From Vicinamibacterales bacterium (GTDB taxonomy: Bacteria; Acidobacteriota; Vicinamibacteria; Vicinamibacterales; CAVVIG01): a stretch of 54,370 nucleotides of DNA. Positions 1 to 8,610 of this stretch are shown here, one piece after another. The stretch is taken from assembly GCA_040081555.1 (NCBI GenBank), contig JBEBGG010000005.1, positions 1 to 54,370 of the forward strand, given 5' to 3'. The notes beneath the pieces were generated by a model. The model had not been told where the DNA came from and searched no databases. It was given only the letters and a program-made list of their open reading frames with translations. Made by a program: the position numbers and the translations under genes. Within the stretch, counting starts at the first letter, position 1. Each line of letters begins with the position of its first letter.

Positions 1-195
1 TCGAATCGGCGTGCAGGTGAATTTCTAAGTCAAGGGTGGCGGAGTCGCGCACACGTGCGGCTCCGCCCTCCGGCCCCACCGACCTGCCCCCCATCCTGAG
101 CCCAGGCTCCAGTCACTCAACCCGTCCCTCTTAACGCAGTACTCAGGACCCCGAACCCTGCTAGAGTTCGCATGAACAAAACTGGAGGGCTCGGC

Positions 196-1599
196 ATGCG
201 CTCGAAGTGTGTCGTGTGGGCGTTGGCACTCGCCGTGGCCGTGATGGTGCCGCTTGGCGCCGCATCTGGCGCCCCGGCCATCGTCGAGGCCGCGCGACAG
301 AAGAACAAGGAGCGGGTCCGCACGCTCATCAAGGGCGGGGCGAATGTCAGGGCCCCTCAGGGCGACGGCGCGACGGCCTTGCACTGGGCGGCGCACTGGG
401 ACGACCTCGAGATGGCCGAGCTCCTGCTCGCCGCGGGCGCCGACGTCAAGGCCACCAACGACCTGGGCGCGACGCCGCTCTGGCTCGCATGCCTGAACGG
501 CAGCATGCGCATGGCGGAACGCCTACTGAACGCCGGCGCCGACGCGAACGCTGCGCTCAAGACGGGTGAAACCCCGCTCATGACCGCCGCGCGCTCCGGG
601 CGCAGTGACGTCGTCAAGGTCCTCGTCGCCCACCGCGCGAACGTCAACGCCAGCGAAGCACTCCGCGGACAAACTGCCCTCATGTGGGCTTCGGCCCAGC
701 AGCATCCCGACGTGGTGAAGACGCTCCTCGAAGTGGGCGCGAGCGTGGGCGCGCGCTCGCGCGCCAGGCGTCCGCTCGTCAACACGGCGAACAACGCGGA
801 CTACAGCGGCGTCATCGAAGTAGAACAAGGCGGTTACACGCCGCTCCTTTTCGCAGCACGGATGGGCGACGTCGACTCCGGGCGCCTCCTTCTCGAGAAC
901 GGCGCCGACCTGAACGACAAGGCCCCGCTCGGCACGAGCGCGCTCGTCATCGCCGCGCACAGCGGTCACCGTGCCTTCGCGGAGTTACTGCTCGAGAAGG
1001 GCGCGGACCCCAACGCGATGGACGCCGGCTACGGGGCCCTACACATCGCGGTGCAGCGTGGCGACACCGAACTCGTGAAGTCGCTGCTCGCGCGCGGGGC
1101 CGACCCGAACGCCTACATCCTGCGGGGCAGCCCGACCCGCCGCGTCAGCGCGGACATCGCGATCAGCTCCTACAGCATCGGCGCGACGCCGCTCTGGCTC
1201 GCCGCCAGTCAGGGACGAGCCGACCTCGTGCGCCTGCTGGCCGCCAAGGGCGCCAGCGTGCGGATTGACAAGGACGGCACGCCGGCCGTGGTCGAGGCCG
1301 TGGCCACCAACGAACAGCGCAGCCTCGACACCATCAAGGCGCTCCTCGAGTTGGGCGCCGACGTCGACGCACGCGACAAGGTCGGCAACACGGCGCTGCA
1401 TGCGGCGGCTTATCGTGGCTTCGCGACCATCGTCCAGGCGCTGGCCGACGCGGGCGCCAGCCTGAAGGTCAGGAACCGCAAAGGCCAGACGCCTCTCGGC
1501 TACGGCCTGAACGAGCCGTCACAGATGACGTTCCGGGGTGGCCCGATCGACCGGACGCCGGCACTTGAAGTCCTTCGAAAACTAGGAGCTTCCGAGTAG
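196..1599 (+). CDS. Secreted ankyrin-repeat protein
   Basis: Many G-x-TP/ALH-x-AA ankyrin repeats (GATALHWAA, GETPLMTAA, GQTALMWAS, GNTALHAAA) and an N-terminal signal peptide. Start moved to ATG 196, which follows GGAGG at 184-188. Confidence 0.92.
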   Translation: MRSKCVVWALALAVAVMVPLGAASGAPAIVEAARQKNKERVRTLIKGGANVRAPQGDGATALHWAAHWDDLEMAELLLAAGADVKATNDLGATPLWLACLNGSMRMAERLLNAGADANAALKTGETPLMTAARSGRSDVVKVLVAHRANVNASEALRGQTALMWASAQQHPDVVKTLLEVGASVGARSRARRPLVNTANNADYSGVIEVEQGGYTPLLFAARMGDVDSGRLLLENGADLNDKAPLGTSALVIAAHSGHRAFAELLLEKGADPNAMDAGYGALHIAVQRGDTELVKSLLARGADPNAYILRGSPTRRVSADIAISSYSIGATPLWLAASQGRADLVRLLAAKGASVRIDKDGTPAVVEAVATNEQRSLDTIKALLELGADVDARDKVGNTALHAAAYRGFATIVQALADAGASLKVRNRKGQTPLGYGLNEPSQMTFRGGPIDRTPALEVLRKLGASE

Positions 1600-1666
1600 G
1601 CGCGCCGCCGGAATCGCATAAACTACGCCGAGCGGAGTCTGGCGGTATTAGTGGAGAACTCATCCT

Positions 1667-4177
1667 ATGCCTGGGGTCCGAATCACGCCTCGATCCCTGA
1701 CCTGCCTGTTGGTCGGGGTCCTTTTTGTGCAGGGGTCGATGTCAGCGCGGGGAGCGGCGCAGGCTCCTCCGAGCGCCACTCTCCGATCCGCCGCACCCGC
1801 ACCACCGACCCGCGAGCTCCTCGACAAGTACTGCGTCACCTGTCACAACGAGAAGCTGCGCTCTGGCGGCCTCGAGCTCACGAAAGTCGATCCGGCCAAT
1901 CCGAGCGCGCACGCCGACACGTGGGAGAAGGTCGTGCGCAAGCTACGCATGGACGCCATGCCGCCAGTCGGCCGCCCGCGGCCAGACGCCGCCACGTCGG
2001 CGCGCTTCGTTCAGGCGATTGAGCGCGGCATCGACAAGGCGGCCGCGACGAACCCCAACCCGGGGCGCACCGAAGCCGTCCATCGCCTGAACCGCGCCGA
2101 ATATCAGAACGCCGTGCGCGATCTGCTCGCCGTCGACATCGACGCGGCCACCGTGCTGCCAGCCGACGATGCGGATCGGTATGGGTTCGACAACATCGCC
2201 GACGTGCTGTCGGTGTCGCCTGCACTTCTCGAGCGCTACCTGTCGGCCGCGCGCAAGGTGGGCCGACTGGCCATCGGGCGATCAACCAGCGCGCCCGTCA
2301 TCCAGACCTACACGCTGCCCACGCTCCTCTTTCAGACCGATCGGATGAGCGAGGACCTGCCGTTCGGCTCGCGCGGCGGTGTGGCCGTGCGCCACCAGTT
2401 CCCTTCCGACGGCGAGTACACGTTCAAGATTCGCCTGCAGCGCACGTACGTCGACTGCATCAGGGGCATCGGTGAACCGCACGACCTCGAGATACGCCTC
2501 GACGACGTCAAGATCAAGGCGTTCCGGGTCGGCGGCGAGGGTAAGGGCAAGCCCGCGCCCGCGAGCTTCTGCAACAACCTCATCGGAGATCCGGAGTGGG
2601 AGGCCTATATTCACGGTGCGGACGAGCACCTCGAGGGCCGCGTCACGGCGAAGGCCGGGACGCACGTGATCGGCGTCACCTTCGGCCGCGAGATGTGGGA
2701 ACCCGAAGGCGTGCTGCAGCCGAATCCAACCCCATTCTCACTCGCGATCAACGAAACGCCAGACGGTCTGCCCTCGATCGATTCGGTGACGATCTCTGGG
2801 CCGTACAACCCGACTGGCGTCGGCAGTACGCCGAGCCGCAAGCAGATTTTCGTCTGCACGCCAGCCAGGCCCAAGGGCGAGGACGCCTGTGCGAAGCAGA
2901 TCCTGTCGACCATCGCGCGCCGCGCCTATCGCCGCCCGGTGACGCCGAAGGACATCGACACCGCGATGGCCTTCTACAGGGCCGGCCGCCAGTCGAAGAC
3001 CCGCGATGGGAGCTTCGACGCCGGTGTGCAGAGTGGGATCGAACGCATCCTGGTCGATCCCGACTTCATCTTCCGCATCGAGCGCGAGCCCTCCACGCCG
3101 GTCCAGGGCCCCGCCTATCGGATCAGCGATCTCGACCTGGCCTCGCGCCTGTCGTTCTTCCTGTGGAGCAGCATCCCCGACGATCAGCTGCTCGACCTGG
3201 CGGCACGCGGGCGCCTGCGTGCGCCGGGCGTGCTCGAGCAGCAGGTGCGGCGCCTGTTGGCCGATCCTCGCGCGCACTCCCTCGTCGACAACTTCGCCGG
3301 CCAGTGGCTGGTGCTACGCAACATCCGGAGCGCCGCCCCCGACGCCGAGATCTACGCGGACTTCGACGAGAATCTCCGCGAGGCCTTTCAGCGCGAAACC
3401 GAGTTGTTCTTCGCCTCGCAGCTCGAGAGCGATCGGAGCATCGTCGAACTGCTGACGGCCGACTACACGTTCCTCAACGAGCGACTGGCGCGGCACTACG
3501 GCGTGCGCAACGTCTACGGCAACCACTTCCGGCGGGTCGCGCTGGGTAACAACCCGCAGCGCGGCGGCCTGCTCACCCATGGCAGCCTGCTCACCGTCAC
3601 GTCGTACCCAAACCGGACCTCACCGGTGCTGCGCGGCAAGTGGATTCTGCAGAACATCCTCGGCACACCACCACCGCCGCCACCACCGAATGTCCCGACG
3701 CTCCCCGACAAGGGCGAGGGCGGGAGGCCCGCGACGGTGCGCGCGAGGCTCGAGCAGCATCGCAAGAATCCGGTCTGCGCCACCTGTCACGCAACGATGG
3801 ACCCGCTGGGGTTCGCGCTCGAGAACTACGACGCGATCGGCAGCTGGCGCACCACCGCCGAAGGCGGGTCCGCAATCGATTCGTCGGGCACCTTTCCCGG
3901 CGGCGTGGCGTTCGAGGGGCCGCAGGGCCTCCGCGGGATGATCCTCGCGCACAAGCAGGAGTTCGTCGAAACCGTCACCGAGAAGCTGCTCGCCTACGCT
4001 CTCGGACGAGGCGTGCAGTATTACGACTACCCCTCGGTCCGGAAGATCGTGCGGGACTCTGCGAGCGCCGACTTTCGCTGGTCGGCCGTCGTGCTCGGCA
4101 TCGTCAAGAGCGAGCCGTTCCAGATGAGAACGTTGGCCGCACCGCCTGCCGCGGCGACGGTCGCTGCGGCCAACTAA
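1667..4177 (+). CDS. DUF1592/DUF1588/DUF1587/DUF1595/DUF1585 planctomycete-type cytochrome c protein
   Basis: Signal peptide, two CxxCH motifs (CVTCH, CATCH) and family motifs HRLNRAEYQNAVRDL, LASRLSFFLWSSIPD, TSPVLRGKWIL and GFALENYDAIG. Confidence 0.9.
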   Translation: MPGVRITPRSLTCLLVGVLFVQGSMSARGAAQAPPSATLRSAAPAPPTRELLDKYCVTCHNEKLRSGGLELTKVDPANPSAHADTWEKVVRKLRMDAMPPVGRPRPDAATSARFVQAIERGIDKAAATNPNPGRTEAVHRLNRAEYQNAVRDLLAVDIDAATVLPADDADRYGFDNIADVLSVSPALLERYLSAARKVGRLAIGRSTSAPVIQTYTLPTLLFQTDRMSEDLPFGSRGGVAVRHQFPSDGEYTFKIRLQRTYVDCIRGIGEPHDLEIRLDDVKIKAFRVGGEGKGKPAPASFCNNLIGDPEWEAYIHGADEHLEGRVTAKAGTHVIGVTFGREMWEPEGVLQPNPTPFSLAINETPDGLPSIDSVTISGPYNPTGVGSTPSRKQIFVCTPARPKGEDACAKQILSTIARRAYRRPVTPKDIDTAMAFYRAGRQSKTRDGSFDAGVQSGIERILVDPDFIFRIEREPSTPVQGPAYRISDLDLASRLSFFLWSSIPDDQLLDLAARGRLRAPGVLEQQVRRLLADPRAHSLVDNFAGQWLVLRNIRSAAPDAEIYADFDENLREAFQRETELFFASQLESDRSIVELLTADYTFLNERLARHYGVRNVYGNHFRRVALGNNPQRGGLLTHGSLLTVTSYPNRTSPVLRGKWILQNILGTPPPPPPPNVPTLPDKGEGGRPATVRARLEQHRKNPVCATCHATMDPLGFALENYDAIGSWRTTAEGGSAIDSSGTFPGGVAFEGPQGLRGMILAHKQEFVETVTEKLLAYALGRGVQYYDYPSVRKIVRDSASADFRWSAVVLGIVKSEPFQMRTLAAPPAAATVAAAN

Positions 4178-4195
4178 GGACAGAGGTAGGACACC

Positions 4196-5551
4196 ATGAT
4201 GATCACGAAGAGGGCGCTACCCCGTCGGACGGTTCTTCGAGGCCTCGGCGCGATGCTCGGACTTCCCTTGCTCGATGCCATGGTGCCCGCGTTCACGGCC
4301 CTGGCTCGGACGGCTGCCGCGCCCGCCAAGCGGCTCAACGTCATCTACCTCCCAAACGGGATGGCCATGGACTACTGGCTGCCCAAGAAGGACGGCACGG
4401 ATTTCGAGATCACGCCGGTGATGCAGCCGCTCGCGCCGTTTCGCGACAAGCTGACGGTGGTGTCTGGGCTGACGCAGAAGCGTCCGGGGAGCGAGGGCGG
4501 CGGGAACCACGCGCACGCGTCGACGAAGTTCATGACCGGGTTTCCGGGCCGTCGGGCGATTGCCGGCCAGAACTCCGAGATCGAAGCCGGCATCTCCATG
4601 GACCAGCTCGCCGCACGCGAGCTCGGCCGGGAAACCCAGCTCACGTCGCTCGAGCTCGGCCTCGACGCGCGCGACTTCGCGGGATCGTGCGACGCCGGCT
4701 TCAGCTGCGCCTACACCAACACTATTTCGTGGCGAAGCGCGACGACGCCGCTGCCGGTCGAGAACGATCCGCGCGCGGTGTTCGAGCGGATGTTCGGCGA
4801 CAGCGAATCGACCGATCCCGCCGTGCGCATGGCGCGGCTGGCGGAAGATCGAAGCGTCCTCGACTCGATCACCGAGAAGGTGTCCGACCTGAAGAGCGCG
4901 CTCGGCCAGCGCGACGGCTCGAAGCTGTCGGAGTATCTCGACGCAGTGCGGGACATCGAGCGCCGCATCCAGAAGGCGGAGCAGCAGCGTGATCAGGATC
5001 TGCCGGCGGTCGACCAGCCAGCGGGCATCCCGTCCACATTCATCGAGCACGCCCGGCTCATGTTCGACCTGCAGCTGGTCGCGTATCAGGCCGACCTGAC
5101 ACGCGTCGTCACGTTCATGATCGGACGAGAGCTGACGGGCCGCACGTATCCTGAGATCGGCGTGCCCGAGGCGCACCACCCGCTGTCACACCACGAAGAT
5201 CTCCCGGCGCGCGTAGAACTGCTGTCGAAGATCAACCTCTATCACACGACGATCTTCTCGGAGTATCTGAAGAAGCTCCAGGCCACACCCGATGGGGATG
5301 GCTCGCTCCTCGATCACATGCTGGTGCTGTACGGCGCCGGCATGTCGAACAGCAACGGGCACGCGCCAAACAACCTGCCGCTCACGCTCATCGGCGGCGC
5401 TAGCGGTCAGCTGAAGGGCGGGCGTCACCTCAAGTACTCGCCGGACACGCCGGTGTCGAACCTGCACCTGGCGATCCTTGAGAAGCTCGGCGTGAACGCG
5501 GTCGATCACCTGGGCGACAGCACGGGGAAGCTGGAGCTGCTGACGATCTGA
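4196..5551 (+). CDS. DUF1552 (HXXSHH) domain protein with Tat-like signal
   Basis: LPRRTVLRG twin-arginine-like motif, LPLLDAM, SMDQ, GSCDAGFSCAYTNTISW and HHPLSHH. Lies directly downstream of the DUF1592 gene. Confidence 0.9.
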   Translation: MMITKRALPRRTVLRGLGAMLGLPLLDAMVPAFTALARTAAAPAKRLNVIYLPNGMAMDYWLPKKDGTDFEITPVMQPLAPFRDKLTVVSGLTQKRPGSEGGGNHAHASTKFMTGFPGRRAIAGQNSEIEAGISMDQLAARELGRETQLTSLELGLDARDFAGSCDAGFSCAYTNTISWRSATTPLPVENDPRAVFERMFGDSESTDPAVRMARLAEDRSVLDSITEKVSDLKSALGQRDGSKLSEYLDAVRDIERRIQKAEQQRDQDLPAVDQPAGIPSTFIEHARLMFDLQLVAYQADLTRVVTFMIGRELTGRTYPEIGVPEAHHPLSHHEDLPARVELLSKINLYHTTIFSEYLKKLQATPDGDGSLLDHMLVLYGAGMSNSNGHAPNNLPLTLIGGASGQLKGGRHLKYSPDTPVSNLHLAILEKLGVNAVDHLGDSTGKLELLTI

Positions 5552-5620
5552 CAGAAGCAGATCCGGGTGCCGCGCCCCGGGTGCGGAGCTGGACGCGAGC
5601 GCACGACCGTACTTGCTTCG

Positions 5621-7798
5621 CTACTTGTCGGTGGGCGTCTCCCGCATCTGGAACTTCACCACCTTGCTTTTCGTCCCCACGCCGCCCTCGACGTGCCAGG
5701 CGGCGTAGCTGGCGAAGCTGGACCAGAGGCCTCGTCCCTTCCATCCCATCGACGGGTCGTCGATGCGGCCGTGCACGGAGCGGGCGAAGAAGCCCATCGG
5801 ATACGGCACGCGTAGCGTGACCATCTGGTCCGACTCGGGCAGGTACGCGAGGAGCGCGTCGCTGTTCCCCAGCTCGGTGAACGGCACGTCCTTGCCGTTG
5901 TTCAAGCCGAGGACATCGTGACGATCGACCGTCGTGAGATACATCATGTCGGTCGTGCGCCCCGTGCCGCGCCCTGTGAGTGGGCCGACGGCACCGCCGC
6001 CCGGTGACCCGGGACCAGAAAACGGCGGACCAGGAATCTGGAAGAAGCTCCAGCCTTCGGGGCACTGCTGGCCGATCGCGGTCGGCCCGTTCAGCACCTT
6101 GCACTTCCGGCGGTCGAAGCGCGCGAACTGGTCGGTGGCCGTCATGTTCACCCACACAACGCCGCTGCTATCGACGTCGAGCCCGCGCGCGCCGCGGCTG
6201 TCGCGGAACGGTGGCACCTGGTACACCTCGGCCTTGCAGGTCTGCGGCGGGTTGTTCCCGACCTCGACGCGCACGATCCGGTTGTCCGTCTCGCCGCCGG
6301 GCCCGCACCACACGCTGCCATCCGGCGCGATGCCTGGTTGATAGCAGCCGAACTGAATGCGGTGATCGCGCTTGGGATCGATCGGGTCGGCCGGTTCGGT
6401 CCATCCGGCCGTGACGACGCCGTCGCCGCTCGTGTCAACCACGCCGGGACACCAACCCTGCACGGCCTCGGCCTCGGCGCCGGTGACGACGCCGGCCGGC
6501 AGCTTGTCGACCGCCCTGGTGTCGATCCAGCCAACGGCGTTGTTCTGCCCGAAGTAGATGCGCCCCTGCTCGTCGAGATCGTTATGGTCAGCGGTGAAGC
6601 ACGTATCGATCTGGGTGAACTTCATCGTCTTCGGGTCGTACACCGAGACCTGCTTCCCGCCCGTGTTGAGCGGGTAGTACTTGGCGAACCGGTTCGCCGA
6701 TCCGTCCTTGCAGAACGCGGGCTGCTGGTCCGACGGACGATGACGCGCGGCCATCCAGACGCGGGCCTTCTCGTCGACGGCCGCGCTGCGCGGTTCGGCC
6801 GCCGCGCGCCAGATCACGTCGTTGCCAAAGTGCGGTGATGCCGCGCCAGCTGAGAGCGGGGCGGTCGTCGGGATCTTCGTCTCGCCGCTCGTGTGCTTCA
6901 CGGGATCGACCCACATGAGCGTGTCGTGGAACTGGCTCGGGCCCCAGATCGGACCGTTGGCGTTCACGCGCGGATCGCGTTTATCGCCAGCGGCTTCGTC
7001 GTGCGCGAAGGTGGCCGCACCGCCCCAGTCCCACATCGTCACGACGAGGTTGCGCTCGACGCCCCGGGGCCGCGCCGGCTGGTGATCGGGCACGGCGCCG
7101 CGCGAGATGCGATCGGTCCACTCGGCGAGCATCGACCGCTGCGTGCCCATGCGCTGGAGCTGGGCCGACATGCCCGGGCCAGACGGCCCGAACTTCACGC
7201 GTGCGTCCCAGGCGTCGAGGTGCGACTTGTCGCGGAGAAACGATGGCAGCTCGCGCGTCGCCTTGTCGCCGATCTGGTGGCACGCCATACAGGTCTTGAT
7301 CGTTCGCGTCAGATCGGCCTGACCGATGGGCCCGGTGGTCGGCGTGCGCATCATCGACAGCCAGTACGAGGCCGGATAGATCGCCGCAGCCTCGTTCGGC
7401 GACGCCGCGGGGGTGGCGGTGAGGTTCAGCCGCTGCCCCACCTTCCCCGCGACGGGTGCCGAATCGACCAGCCCGTAGCCGCGCACCCACACCCGGTAGG
7501 TTGCGCCCGGCAGATCGGGCACGACGTAGCGGCCCTGTTCGTCGGTGACGACGATGCGAATGAAGCGGGTTGGCAGGTCGGTCGTCTCGGCAATTACCCA
7601 CACCCCGGCTTCTGGCCCCTTGTCGCTGGCCACGACGCCGCCGATATCGTCCGCATCGATCGCAGGAAGTTGAACGCCCGCGGCAGGGGCCGCGGCTGGT
7701 CGGGGGAGCGTCTGCGTAGAGACGGCCCAGGGCAGGGCCAACGCACCGGCGACCGCAAAGAGCAACGCGACACGGAGCCGGGAGTGCGTATGTGGCAT
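5621..7798 (-). CDS. Secreted carboxypeptidase-regulatory-like (Ig) domain + heme-c + beta-propeller-like protein (paralog 1)
   Basis: GPEAGVWVIAETTDLPT..VTDEQGRYVVPDLP N-domain, CMACH motif and a C-terminal RVPYPMGFFARSVHGRIDDP motif shared with 8611-10647. Confidence 0.8.
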   Translation of the reverse strand: MPHTHSRLRVALLFAVAGALALPWAVSTQTLPRPAAAPAAGVQLPAIDADDIGGVVASDKGPEAGVWVIAETTDLPTRFIRIVVTDEQGRYVVPDLPGATYRVWVRGYGLVDSAPVAGKVGQRLNLTATPAASPNEAAAIYPASYWLSMMRTPTTGPIGQADLTRTIKTCMACHQIGDKATRELPSFLRDKSHLDAWDARVKFGPSGPGMSAQLQRMGTQRSMLAEWTDRISRGAVPDHQPARPRGVERNLVVTMWDWGGAATFAHDEAAGDKRDPRVNANGPIWGPSQFHDTLMWVDPVKHTSGETKIPTTAPLSAGAASPHFGNDVIWRAAAEPRSAAVDEKARVWMAARHRPSDQQPAFCKDGSANRFAKYYPLNTGGKQVSVYDPKTMKFTQIDTCFTADHNDLDEQGRIYFGQNNAVGWIDTRAVDKLPAGVVTGAEAEAVQGWCPGVVDTSGDGVVTAGWTEPADPIDPKRDHRIQFGCYQPGIAPDGSVWCGPGGETDNRIVRVEVGNNPPQTCKAEVYQVPPFRDSRGARGLDVDSSGVVWVNMTATDQFARFDRRKCKVLNGPTAIGQQCPEGWSFFQIPGPPFSGPGSPGGGAVGPLTGRGTGRTTDMMYLTTVDRHDVLGLNNGKDVPFTELGNSDALLAYLPESDQMVTLRVPYPMGFFARSVHGRIDDPSMGWKGRGLWSSFASYAAWHVEGGVGTKSKVVKFQMRETPTDK

Positions 7799-7806
7799 GG
7801 CCGGGC

Positions 7807-7835
7807 ATGCTAGCGAAACGATCCCGGCGGGTCAA
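7807..7835 (-). promoter_or_regulatory. Sigma70-type promoter of the 5621-7798 gene (near-leaderless)
   Basis: Minus strand reads TTGACC-17 nt-TAGCAT, then 8 nt to ATG 7798, with no Shine-Dalgarno. Confidence 0.6.
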
Positions 7836-8031
7836 ACTAAACCGGCAGCTTCATGGCGCGTGAATCGACCCTCGAGTGGTCAACTCGTGCTGGCCTGGGG
7901 GCGCACCACCCGCATGGGTAATGTAGGCTTTGAAATGCTGTGGCGCCGGCTCCTTCGGTGAAAACGACGTGGCAACCGGGAACAGCTGTTTCAACTGCGA
8001 CGGCAGTTTGCCGTTTGGGCAAGGACGAGTC

Positions 8032-8508
8032 ATGAGGCGAACGATCCGTGTCATGTCCGCACTCTCCCTGGCGACGGCTGTGGCCCTAGGGGGCGCCAGC
8101 GCCGGGGCGCAGTCCCGCGTCGCCAACAAGGTTGCCGCGGCCAAGGCGCTGAAATGCACCTTCTCGACTGTGACGACGGGCAACTGGAAGGATGGCTCCG
8201 CCGTGGGCGAAATCAAGCCGGCCGAGCTGACCATCGGATTCGAGGACATCGACTCCGATGAGGGGTCGGCCAGCGTGGTCGGCGCTTTCGGCCCGGCGGA
8301 CATCATCGTGCGCCTCTCGAACGGCACGTTGCACTTCGTGCAGTCGTTTCGGGAGGGGCCGCTCTACTCCACCACGATCTTTTCTCACGAAGTGCGGCCG
8401 AACGTGCTGATGGCGGTGCATACGCGGCACGAGTTTACGACTGTCCAGCTACCGGGGTTCACCTCGCGCCCTGAGCAGTACTACGGAGAGTGCGAGATCA
8501 CAAAATAG
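8032..8508 (+). CDS. Secreted hypothetical protein (beta-rich, two Cys near the termini)
   Basis: Signal peptide after ATG 8032 (AAGGA upstream). LKCTF near the N-terminus and QYYGECE at the C-terminus. Confidence 0.75.
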   Translation: MRRTIRVMSALSLATAVALGGASAGAQSRVANKVAAAKALKCTFSTVTTGNWKDGSAVGEIKPAELTIGFEDIDSDEGSASVVGAFGPADIIVRLSNGTLHFVQSFREGPLYSTTIFSHEVRPNVLMAVHTRHEFTTVQLPGFTSRPEQYYGECEITK

Positions 8509-8609
8509 GGCGGGTGGCGATGCGCTATTGCGTCATCGCCTTGGTGATCGCTGCGCGGAGCATTCGTCGACAACCCGCGCACGGTCTGCGCGCGGGCTGC
8601 CCACCCGCC
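8509..8609. terminator. Structured GC-rich element between convergent genes (terminator or REP-like)
   Basis: GGCGGGTGG (8509-8517) pairs with CCACCCGCC (8601-8609). Internal hairpins include GGCGATG-CGC-TATT-GCG-T-CATCGCC. Confidence 0.4.
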
Positions 8610-8610
8610 G

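Noticed and set aside
3666-3690. CCA/CCG tandem run as a microsatellite
   Set aside because: It encodes the poly-proline stretch typical of DUF1588-type proteins.
7895-7910. GGGGGCGCACCA as a duplicated tRNA-Arg 3' end (att site)
   Set aside because: Only about 11 nt match, there is no T-arm similarity and it is on the wrong strand for a direct repeat.
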